Shown here in pieces: positions 8,902 through 16,275 of a stretch of 25,725 bases of DNA. Position 1 is the first letter of the stretch. Every line of letters begins with the position of its first letter. A model generated the notes under the pieces. The model was not told where the DNA came from, did not search any database, and saw only the letters and a list, made by a program, of their open reading frames with translations. Both the position numbers and the translations under genes were made by a program. The stretch is taken from NCBI GenBank assembly GCA_040882355.1, contig JBBEBM010000047.1, forward strand, positions 62,001 to 87,725, in the 5' to 3' direction. Source of the DNA: Dehalococcoidia bacterium (GTDB lineage: Bacteria; Chloroflexota; Dehalococcoidia; DSTF01; RBG-16-68-14).

Positions 8902-9008
8902 GACGAGGCGACCCGAGGCGACCGGCAATCGCCCTTGGCATTGCTCGTCCGCGCTTTGGCCGGGGCTCTGCTCGATTTCACTACTGCTGGCCAGGCCCTC
9001 GCCTGTTG

Positions 9009-9038
9009 TGGTAAAATTCAGACCAGAGCAGACCAGAA
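9009..9038 (+). promoter_or_regulatory. Extended -10 promoter and tandem direct-repeat operator of the TA operon
   Basis: TGgTAAAAT (9009-9017) followed by CAGACCAGA twice (9019-9027 and 9029-9037). Confidence 0.55.
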
Positions 9039-9050
9039 TTGAGGTGACCA

Positions 9051-9290
9051 ATGAAGCAGGTCGGCGTCTACGAAGCCAAGACGAAGCTTCCCAGCCTCCT
9101 TGACGATGTGGAGCGTGGTCAGAGCGTGACTATTACCCGCCACGGGCGCCCTGTCGCCCGCCTAGTTCCCATCTCGAGGCGGCAGCGCTCCGTGAAAGAG
9201 GTCATCGAAGCGATAGAGGAGTTCCGCAAGGGTCACACGCTTGCCGGCCTCACCGTTCGTGAGCTGATCGAAGAGGGACGGCGTCACTGA
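9051..9290 (+). CDS. Type II antitoxin, Phd/YefM (prevent-host-death) family
   Basis: VGVYEAKTKLPSLLDDVERGQSVTITRHGRPVARLVP; GAGGTGA SD; TGATG coupling to the toxin. Confidence 0.9.
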   Translation: MKQVGVYEAKTKLPSLLDDVERGQSVTITRHGRPVARLVPISRRQRSVKEVIEAIEEFRKGHTLAGLTVRELIEEGRRH

Positions 9291-9700
9291 TGGCGTTCGT
9301 TCTCGATGCCTCAGTGGCCCTGGCCTGGTCATTCCGCGACGAACAGAGCGCATACGCGCACCGAGTTCTCCGCCGTTTGCATGACGACCCAGCGCTCGTG
9401 CCAGCCGTCTGGGCGCTCGAAGTTGCAAACGGGCTCCTCGTCGCCGAGCGGCGGGGTCGCTTCACCGTTGCGGACGTAGCCCAGGCCTGTCAGGACCTAG
9501 CGGAGCTGCCCATCGAGTCGAGCGATCTAGCGCACGATCAGGCGCTAGGCCCGGTGCTCGACCTTGCCCGGGCGCACGCGTTAAGCGCGTACGACGCCGC
9601 CTACCTTGAATTGGCGATGCGCGAAGGCCTGCCGTTGGCCACCGAGGACGCCGATATGCAGGCGGCGGCGCAGCGCGTCGGTGTGCCGCTCGTGGCGTGA
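9290..9700 (+). CDS. vapC: Type II toxin, VapC/PIN-domain ribonuclease
   Basis: FVLDAS, EVAN, LSAYDAAYLELA and LATED PIN motifs. Confidence 0.9.
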   Translation: MAFVLDASVALAWSFRDEQSAYAHRVLRRLHDDPALVPAVWALEVANGLLVAERRGRFTVADVAQACQDLAELPIESSDLAHDQALGPVLDLARAHALSAYDAAYLELAMREGLPLATEDADMQAAAQRVGVPLVA

Positions 9701-9755
9701 AGCCTGGCCGATGACCCGAGGTCGGTAACAAGGTGCCGAGGAGGTGGGAAGAACG

Positions 9756-10784
9756 ATGGCAGTCTGGCTAGTGCGCGCCGGTGGACTGGGAGAGAGCGAA
9801 GACATTGCTCTCGACAACAACGTGGTGGTAATTGGCTGGCCTGAGTTAGGCGATTTGTCTCGGATCCAGACGCGAGAAGAGTTGGACGGGCTCTGTCGCG
9901 AGACGTTTCCGGATGCCAATCGGTCGAAGATTGCAAACTGGGTCGGCCAACTCTGGGCCTTTCGGGAACGGATCGAGCCGGGCGACTTGGCCGTTCTTCC
10001 ACTAAAGCGCCGTGCGGCCATCGCAATTGGCCGCGTCACAGGCACGTACCAGTATCGACCTGACTTGGCACAAGACGCGCGGAACACGCGCTCTGTGGAG
10101 TGGCTCGTTAAGGACCTCCCACGAAACTCTCTCGAGCAGGACATCTTGTACTCCCTTGGGGCCTTCATGACCGTCTGCAAGATCTCGCGGAACAACGCGG
10201 AGGAGCGGATCAAAGCAGTGTTGGAAGGTAGACCGCCACCTCGGGCGGCGTCCTCGGAAGGCGAGGCCGGTGAAGAAGGCCCCAGGATTGATGGCGAGCC
10301 ACCGGAAGACATCGATCAGTTTGCTCGCGATCAGATCCTCACGTTCATCGGTCGCAGGTTCCGAGGCCATGCCCTAGCTACGCTTGTCACCGCTGTTCTC
10401 CAGGCGCAGGGTTACAAGACGGAGATGTCGCCTCCAGGCGCTGACGGCGGTGTGGACATTACGGCAGGACGCGGGCCCATGGGATTCGACACTCCGAGGC
10501 TGTGCGTGCAGGTCAAATCAAGCGACAGCCCGGTCGACGTAAGGGTTCTCCGAGAGCTGCAAGGAGTCATGAAGAATTTCGGGGCCGAACAAGGGCTGCT
10601 TGTGGCCTGGGGTGGCTTCAAGGACTCGGTTGCGAAGGAGGCCCGTCAACGCTTCTTTGAGCTCAGGCTGTGGGACTCGGGCGACCTGGTAAGAGCGCTG
10701 CTCGAATTCTACGACCAGCTTCCTGAGGACCTACAGGCCGACCTACCGCTCAAGAAGATATGGATTCTTGTGCCTGAGGAGTAG
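9756..10784 (+). CDS. Mrr-family (type IV-like) restriction endonuclease
   Basis: N-terminal WLVRAG...VVIGW domain; C-terminal GADGGVDI...CVQVKS Mrr_cat D-(Q)xK motif; GAGGAGGT SD before ATG 9756. Confidence 0.88.
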   Translation: MAVWLVRAGGLGESEDIALDNNVVVIGWPELGDLSRIQTREELDGLCRETFPDANRSKIANWVGQLWAFRERIEPGDLAVLPLKRRAAIAIGRVTGTYQYRPDLAQDARNTRSVEWLVKDLPRNSLEQDILYSLGAFMTVCKISRNNAEERIKAVLEGRPPPRAASSEGEAGEEGPRIDGEPPEDIDQFARDQILTFIGRRFRGHALATLVTAVLQAQGYKTEMSPPGADGGVDITAGRGPMGFDTPRLCVQVKSSDSPVDVRVLRELQGVMKNFGAEQGLLVAWGGFKDSVAKEARQRFFELRLWDSGDLVRALLEFYDQLPEDLQADLPLKKIWILVPEE

Positions 10785-10844
10785 CCATGGGCTCCCTCTG
10801 GCGCCAGCCACGCGCCCTGAGCCCTCTAAGCCGGGTCCACAACT

Positions 10845-11732
10845 TCATGCATCTCGGCCCGCGTCGCGTAACGCTCCCCCCTGCCACGAGACGGTCGCGA
10901 GCGGGTGGCGGTCGAGGGGGAGGGCGAGGCGGCCGTCCGGCTGCGGTTCGAGGCGCTCGGTGAGGGCCTCGCGCAGGCGCTGACGGCGCGCGGCGTCGTC
11001 GCCGGCGGCGACCGTCTCGGCGAAGCCCTCGACCGCCACGTCGAGCGATGCGTAGCCGCGCGGCGTCTCCACCCACGCGACCTCCACGTTGGCGTAGCAG
11101 CCGAGCTGGTGGAGCAGGTTGACGGCATCGATGTAGGTCGGCTGCGGCAGGCGCGGCTGCTCGTGCACCGCCGCCCACAGCCCGATCGAGTCGAACCAGG
11201 GCTGCCGCACCATCAGGTGCAGGCAGCAGAGGCGCCGCGCGTGGGCGTCGAGGGCGCGCAGGAACGGCGCGACGTCTTCGATCGGGTAGAGGACGTGGGC
11301 GGAGATGACGACGTCGGCCTCCGGCGCGTTCGCGGCGATGTCGGGCCATGCGCCCTCGATCACGTCGACGTTCGTCAGGCCCTGCTCGGCGGCGTCCTCC
11401 CGAAGGAAGCGCAGCATGGCCGCCGACGGGTCGACGGCGGTGACGCGCCTGGCGTAGGGCGCCAGCGCGACGGTGTGGCGACCGGTGCCGGCGCCCACGT
11501 CGAGCACGGTGTCCTCGGGCCGGAGGCGGCGCAGCACGTACTCCAGGAACGGGTCGCCCGCCGCGCTCGCGTCCTTGGCGAACCGGCGATAGCTCTCGGC
11601 GCGCCGCGCCCAGTAGTCGTCGGTCGTGCGACCCTGCGCGGCGCAGGCCGCGTCGTGCTGCTCGCGCCTGGCGACGACGATGCGCCGCCAGCGGTCGACG
11701 TGGTCGATGGGCTCGGGCGAGGACGACGTCAT
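10845..11732 (-). CDS. Class I SAM-dependent methyltransferase
   Basis: VLDVGAGTG motif I, AVDPS and DVVISAHVLY. Confidence 0.9.
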   Translation of the reverse strand: MTSSSPEPIDHVDRWRRIVVARREQHDAACAAQGRTTDDYWARRAESYRRFAKDASAAGDPFLEYVLRRLRPEDTVLDVGAGTGRHTVALAPYARRVTAVDPSAAMLRFLREDAAEQGLTNVDVIEGAWPDIAANAPEADVVISAHVLYPIEDVAPFLRALDAHARRLCCLHLMVRQPWFDSIGLWAAVHEQPRLPQPTYIDAVNLLHQLGCYANVEVAWVETPRGYASLDVAVEGFAETVAAGDDAARRQRLREALTERLEPQPDGRLALPLDRHPLATVSWQGGALRDAGRDA

Positions 11733-11812
11733 TCGAGGCCTAGCGTTATGTCGAGAACTGCCCGCCCCAAGGCGAGCGCGCGGCCACTATAGCAGGTCGA
11801 GGGCCTCGGAGC

Positions 11813-12367
11813 TTAGCCGGTCGCGCGGAGCGGGCGCTGCCGACCTGCGAGGAGGTCGAGCGCGGCCTGGGCCGAGGCCGGCGTGCTCACGCCGAGGGCG
11901 TCCTGAACGGCGAGCCCGTCGCAGAGGGCGAGCAGCGCGCCCGCGGTCGATGAGTCGAAGAGCGCCGTGAGCTGCTCGCGCCACGCGTCGTACGCCTGCG
12001 TGAGCGCGGCGCGCACGGATGCGCTGCGTTCCGCCTGGGCGACGAACTCGACGAAGAGCCGCGCATCCTGCCCGGACGAGCCCAGCGCCTCCACGGCGCC
12101 GCCCAGCCCTGATGAGCGCCGGCTAGCGTCCGCGAGCCGCTGGGTGCGCGCGCGGCCCCAGCCGTCGATGAGCAGGAGCAGCGCCTCCTCCTTCGACTCG
12201 AAGTGGAAGTAGAAGGCGCCCTTGCTCACCTCCGCCGCCTGGGCGATGTCGTCCACAGTCGCCCCCTGGTAGCCGAGTACGGCGAAGACGCCTCGCGCCG
12301 CCTCGATCAGGCGGTGGCGGGTGCGCTCCGCGCGGAGCTGCTGTAGAGGGCCTTTCCTGGCTGTCAT
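11813..12367 (-). CDS. TetR/AcrR family transcriptional regulator
   Basis: TRHRLIEAA...GYQGATVDDIAQAAEVSKGAFYFHFESKE helix-turn-helix. Confidence 0.93.
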   Translation of the reverse strand: MTARKGPLQQLRAERTRHRLIEAARGVFAVLGYQGATVDDIAQAAEVSKGAFYFHFESKEEALLLLIDGWGRARTQRLADASRRSSGLGGAVEALGSSGQDARLFVEFVAQAERSASVRAALTQAYDAWREQLTALFDSSTAGALLALCDGLAVQDALGVSTPASAQAALDLLAGRQRPLRATG

Positions 12368-12567
12368 TGGGCTTCTCTAGAAGTATCGTCCGCCAGCTTC
12401 TTTCCGCGAAATGCTGCTGACACCGCTTCAGAAGGTCGAAAAACCCTTAGGGGGAAACCCTGTAACGACAGCGTCCTTGAGGCGTTAGTGCTTTGGTGCC
12501 AAGGAACGGCCCCCGCCATTCAGGCGAGCAGTAGCGGCAGGGAGCGCCTGACAATTTCATATCGAGG

Positions 12568-12660
12568 CGTCGACAAAGGGCAAACCCTTCGAAAGAGGGG
12601 GGCGCAAAGCCACGGGCCTACCGCTCGCAAGAGGAGTCAGGGCCGCCGGGCTGCCGAATC
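12568..12660 (+). ncRNA. Cyclic di-GMP-I (GEMM) riboswitch aptamer
   Basis: GGGCAAACCCTTC-GAAA-GAGGGGGGCGCAAAGCCACGGGCCTA...GGCCGCCGGGCTGCCGAA matches the Vc2-type architecture (GGCAAAC, GNRA loop, CGCAAAG junction, GGCCUA receptor). G at the position-20 equivalent. Confidence 0.93.
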
Positions 12661-12768
12661 GCCAGATTTGACAACCCCACCCCTTCGCTCCTCACCAAGC
12701 GCCCTACTCGTCCGAAGTCGCACGAGTCGCCGCCGCTGGTCGCCACAGGCGGCCGAGGGGGAACGAAC

Positions 12769-13491
12769 ATGGCCACGCGAGAAGAGACGATCCTGCAGCA
12801 CCTGCCGCTGGTGGCGTTCGTCGTGAACCGGCTCTCCGCCGACCGGGCCCGGACGCTGGGCTTGGACCGCGAGGACGCGATGAGCTACGGGATTGAGGGC
12901 CTGATTCAGTCCGTGGACGCCTTCGACCCCAGCCGGGGCACCAGCTTCGCCAGCTTCGCCGTGCGGCGCATCCGGGGCTCGATCCTGGATGCGATCCGCC
13001 GCCAGGACCCGCTGCCGCGCTCGCTGCGGCGCAGCACCCGCGAGGTGGAGCACACCGCGCAGGAGCTGGCAGCCCAGCTCGGCCGCTGGCCCACCACCAA
13101 GGAGCTGGCAATCCGAATGGGCACGACGCCCGACGCCGTCCAGGAGGTCCAGAAGCATGCCTCGTCGCGCTTTGTTTCGCTTGAGCACGTCCTCCAGGAC
13201 CGCTCGGGCGACGGCGGGAGCCAGCGCTGGGACCCTGTCGACGAGGACGAACGGGGCGACCCGGCGAAAGCTGTCGAGCGGCGCGCCTCGCTCTCGCTCC
13301 TCCAGCTCGCGGTCGACCACCTCAGCGAGCGGGACCGCGCCATTCTCCAGCTTCGCTACGGCGAATCTCGCCCCTTCCATGAGGTGGGCCGCATGCTCGG
13401 TCTCTCAGAATCGCGGGTCTGTCAGCTTCACAAGCGCATCCTGGGCCAGCTTCGCAAGCAGCTCGCAGTGGCGCTGGAGGAAGCGGCGTAG
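12769..13491 (+). CDS. fliA: RNA polymerase sigma factor, FliA/WhiG (sigma-28) family
   Basis: HLPLV, YGIEGLIQSVDAFDPSRG, RIRGSILDAIRRQDPLPRS and region-4 LGLSESRVCQLH; GAGGGG SD. Confidence 0.92.
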   Translation: MATREETILQHLPLVAFVVNRLSADRARTLGLDREDAMSYGIEGLIQSVDAFDPSRGTSFASFAVRRIRGSILDAIRRQDPLPRSLRRSTREVEHTAQELAAQLGRWPTTKELAIRMGTTPDAVQEVQKHASSRFVSLEHVLQDRSGDGGSQRWDPVDEDERGDPAKAVERRASLSLLQLAVDHLSERDRAILQLRYGESRPFHEVGRMLGLSESRVCQLHKRILGQLRKQLAVALEEAA

Positions 13492-13507
13492 CATCAGGCC
13501 AATTCCG

Positions 13508-13536
13508 CTACAGGGGGCTTCCGAATCTGCCGATAA
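13508..13536 (+). promoter_or_regulatory. Sigma-28-type promoter upstream of the HD-GYP gene
   Basis: Perfect consensus -10 GCCGATAA (13529-13536), with CTACA 16 nt upstream. Confidence 0.7.
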
Positions 13537-13581
13537 CAAAACAGAGGCGCCTAACGGCCTCGTCCGCGGCGCCGCGCCACG

Positions 13582-15063
13582 ATGAACGAGAGGCAATCTC
13601 GGCTGCCGCTCCCGACGAACGGCCAGCGAGAGGCAGGCGAAACGCTCGCTGAGCCTGAGCTGCCCTCGCATCCTGTTAGCCCGACCCAGGCGTCCAGCGA
13701 ACGGCTGAACTGGCGAGTCGCCCTGTACATCGCCCTCGTAGTAGCAGCGGCCGCACTTTGTGTTTGGTACTACGCCCCCCGGACGACGACCGAAGGCTGG
13801 CAGGGCTTCGTCGCGCTGATCATCCTGGCGATCGTCTTCGAGCGTGTCGGCATCCAGATCTACGGCGAAACGCACGTTTCGGCCGGCGTGGTCGCGCTCT
13901 TCGCCATCTCGATCCTGTACGGCGCTCCCGGCGTGACCATCGCTGCGCCGCTGGTCGTGCTGGCGGCGGAGACGCGAACGCGCAGTCCCTGGTACGGCCG
14001 CTTCTTCGACATGAGCAGCTACACGCTGGCGAACGTCGCCTCCGCCCTCGTCTTCCACGTACTGATCGACATCGACAGCGGCGTGGACGGCTGGTGGGTG
14101 CCGGCGGCGATCATCGCCATCGCCGCGAACTACGCGGTCAACATTCCTATCGTGAGCATCGAGGTCAGTCTCGAGTCCGGCGAGTCGTCAGTGGCGGTCT
14201 GGCGAGAGCAGCACCAGTGGCTGGTGCCTTACTACCTGGTCTTCGGACTGCTCGCGCTGGCGCTGGCGACGGCCTACGCGGCCCTCGGCGTCTGGGGGAT
14301 CATGGCGTTCGTGGCGCCGCCGCTCATGATGCGCTTTGCCCTTCACCAGTTCGTGAACAAGACGGAACAGACGGTGCTGGAGCTGAAGCAAAAGAACAAC
14401 CAGCTCGAGGCCGCGAACAGCGACATTCTGGAGATGACGCGCCAGCTCACCGAAACGTATGGTGGAACGCTCGAGGCGCTCGTGCTGGCACTCGACGCAC
14501 GCGATCGCGAGACGAAGGGCCATTCGCTCCGCGTCGCAGATTACGTGATGGCTGTCGCTCGCGAGCTGGGCATGAGGGAGGGCTCGCAGGAGTGGGTCGA
14601 CACCCAGCGTGGCGCGTTGCTGCACGACGTCGGCAAGATCGGCGTGCCTGACCAGATCCTCCACAAGCCGGGCCCGCTCACGCCTGAGGAATGGGACGAA
14701 ATGAAGCGCCACCCGGGCATCGGGCATGAGATGCTGCACGACATCGCCTTCCTCTCTGGGGCTGCCGAGATCGTGCACGCCCACCACGAGCGCTTCGACG
14801 GGAAGGGCTACCCGCGCGGACTATTGGGCGACGAGATTCCCCTTGGCGCCCGGATATTCGCCATCGGCGATACGCTGGACGCCATGACGTCGGACCGGCC
14901 GTACCGGAAGGCGCTGCCGGCGGAGGTCGCTCGCTGGGAGATCTTGCGGCACAGCGGCACACAGTTCGACCCGCAGGTCGTGCAGGCGTTCTTGCTGGTC
15001 TTCGACCAGTTGGCGAAGAAGGCGGAAGAGGACCACGAAGGGGAGCACGTGAGAGCTGCCTAA
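13582..15063 (+). CDS. Membrane-anchored HD-GYP c-di-GMP phosphodiesterase with multi-TM N-terminal sensor and coiled-coil linker
   Basis: About 6-7 hydrophobic helices, then TKGHSLRV, LLHDVGKIG, HHERFDGKGYP, D.LDAMTSDRPYR and GTQFDP; catalytic motifs intact. Confidence 0.93.
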   Translation: MNERQSRLPLPTNGQREAGETLAEPELPSHPVSPTQASSERLNWRVALYIALVVAAAALCVWYYAPRTTTEGWQGFVALIILAIVFERVGIQIYGETHVSAGVVALFAISILYGAPGVTIAAPLVVLAAETRTRSPWYGRFFDMSSYTLANVASALVFHVLIDIDSGVDGWWVPAAIIAIAANYAVNIPIVSIEVSLESGESSVAVWREQHQWLVPYYLVFGLLALALATAYAALGVWGIMAFVAPPLMMRFALHQFVNKTEQTVLELKQKNNQLEAANSDILEMTRQLTETYGGTLEALVLALDARDRETKGHSLRVADYVMAVARELGMREGSQEWVDTQRGALLHDVGKIGVPDQILHKPGPLTPEEWDEMKRHPGIGHEMLHDIAFLSGAAEIVHAHHERFDGKGYPRGLLGDEIPLGARIFAIGDTLDAMTSDRPYRKALPAEVARWEILRHSGTQFDPQVVQAFLLVFDQLAKKAEEDHEGEHVRAA

Positions 15064-15085
15064 GACGGCCCCCAACCAGACAACA

Positions 15086-15117
15086 AGAAGCGCGGCAAAC
15101 GCCGCGCTTCTCTCTTT
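15086..15117. terminator. Intrinsic terminator (probably bidirectional) between the HD-GYP gene and the convergent peptide gene
   Basis: Perfect 11-bp stem AGAAGCGCGGC / GCCGCGCTTCT with a 4-nt loop, followed by CTCTTT. Confidence 0.8.
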
Positions 15118-15146
15118 GCAGCCGTTGGGACGTGCGCCCCGCTACC

Positions 15147-15245
15147 CTACCACCAGCGGCGGACGCCGAGGACGGTGGAGGCGTGCGGCGCGAGCGCTGC
15201 CGCTGCCAGCAGAGCCACCGCAGCTACTGTCCAGATGAGCTTCAT
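15147..15245 (-). CDS. 32-aa signal-peptide-like small protein MKLIWTVAAVALLAAAALAPHASTVLGVRRWW
   Basis: ATG 15245, TAG 15147-15149; SD AAGGAAGGGGG upstream; own promoter upstream and terminator downstream; below the ORF-track size cutoff. Confidence 0.75.
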   Translation of the reverse strand: MKLIWTVAAVALLAAAALAPHASTVLGVRRWW

Positions 15246-15274
15246 TGCTCTACCCCCTTCCTTGCCAACGTTCT

Positions 15275-15317
15275 GACCAGTCAGTCTTGTTCTATGTCAA
15301 CTAGACCGACCTGTCAA
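15275..15317 (-). promoter_or_regulatory. Sigma-70 promoter of the peptide gene with two TetR-type operator boxes
   Basis: Minus strand TTGACA (15317-15312)-N17-TAGAAC (15294-15289). Boxes GACCGACCTGTC (15304-15315) and GACTGACTGGTC (minus strand, 15286-15275) overlap the -35 and +1 regions. Confidence 0.65.
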
Positions 15318-15423
15318 CGATTGCGTGGCAAGAGGCTGCGCTAGGGGTCACTTAGGGCTTCGGTAAACTGATGCTGCGGGACTCGCGTCGCGCTCGAGCC
15401 GAGTCCGCCAGGCAGGAGGTTGG

Positions 15424-16248
15424 CTAGGCGGAATGCTCCCAGCGCTGCCGCCGCCTGTCGCGCTCCAGACGGGCCGCGTTGAGGTCATCGACCGCTGCGG
15501 TGAGGGCCTCGTCGGGGTCCGGCGACTGTGCATCGCACACGGCCATGCCGGCGCAGATGCCGATCCAGAGAGGCGTGCTCCGCTTGCCGCGGCGCACGGC
15601 CACAGAGTCGCGAGCCAGGCGCTCGTGGAGTCGCTGGATGAACGAGCGCGCGCCAGCCGCCCCGCAGTCCGGCAGGACGAGCGCGAACTCATCGTCGCCC
15701 ATGCGGGCCACCATGTCGTTCTGGCGTTTGGTTTCGAGTAGGCAAGAAGTCACGTGGAGCAGGACGCTATCACCGGACGGCGGGCCGAACTGCTCGTTGA
15801 TGCGGGAGAGGTGGTTGATGTCGATGAGCACGACCGCTACGTGGCTACCCGAAACCTCAACGAGGCGGGCTTCCTCCAGTAATCGCTGCGAAAAGAGGTG
15901 GAACGTGGGCAGACCGGTCAAGGGATCGACAGGGTCGGCGCCCGGCTTCAGTTCTGCCAGGTTCGGTACCTGGACGAGCGTGGTCTCCTCGTCGTCTTCG
16001 TCCTCGCGTGGCGCGCGGAGCAGGAGGAATCCAGCACAGAGCAGCAGCAGCGAGATCCCCGCTAGCGCTCCTACCATCTGGAGAGGCAGGTCGAGCAACT
16101 CCTGGACCAGGAAGCCGGCTAGCAGCGGCGTCAAGGCCAGCACGGGCACCAGGACACGCCACAGCGCATCGCCGGACTGGGAACGCCGTCGAACGGTCGT
16201 ACCCGGGCCCGCTACCCGGACTCTGCTTCGCGCGTGTTCATCGCCCAT
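15424..16248 (-). CDS. Two-TM GGDEF-domain protein with degenerate A-site (GDDEF) and intact RxxD I-site
   Basis: DPLTGL, VLIDIN...IN..FG...GD and RQND-MVARM-GDDEF; two N-terminal hydrophobic helices. Confidence 0.88.
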   Translation of the reverse strand: MGDEHARSRVRVAGPGTTVRRRSQSGDALWRVLVPVLALTPLLAGFLVQELLDLPLQMVGALAGISLLLLCAGFLLLRAPREDEDDEETTLVQVPNLAELKPGADPVDPLTGLPTFHLFSQRLLEEARLVEVSGSHVAVVLIDINHLSRINEQFGPPSGDSVLLHVTSCLLETKRQNDMVARMGDDEFALVLPDCGAAGARSFIQRLHERLARDSVAVRRGKRSTPLWIGICAGMAVCDAQSPDPDEALTAAVDDLNAARLERDRRRQRWEHSA

Positions 16249-16275
16249 GGCGCAGGGTGCACACTCCTACTAGGA

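Noticed and set aside
8014..9051. Long antisense or alternative-frame ORFs (e.g. 8014-9051, 10905-11792, 12637-13380, 19017-19991, 22872-23594)
   Set aside because: These are shadow ORFs expected at high GC; they overlap well-supported genes and lack recognisable motifs.
10845..11732. Methyltransferase as the cognate DNA methylase of the Mrr nuclease
   Set aside because: No DPPY/NPPY or PCQ catalytic motif; it looks like a small-molecule class I methyltransferase, is convergent, and has host-like composition.
12576..12584. Riboswitch as a 3',3'-cGAMP (GEMM-Ib) variant
   Set aside because: The position-20 equivalent is G (AGGGCAAAC as in Vc2), not A. The neighbouring GGDEF protein is degenerate and gives no support for a Hypr cyclase.
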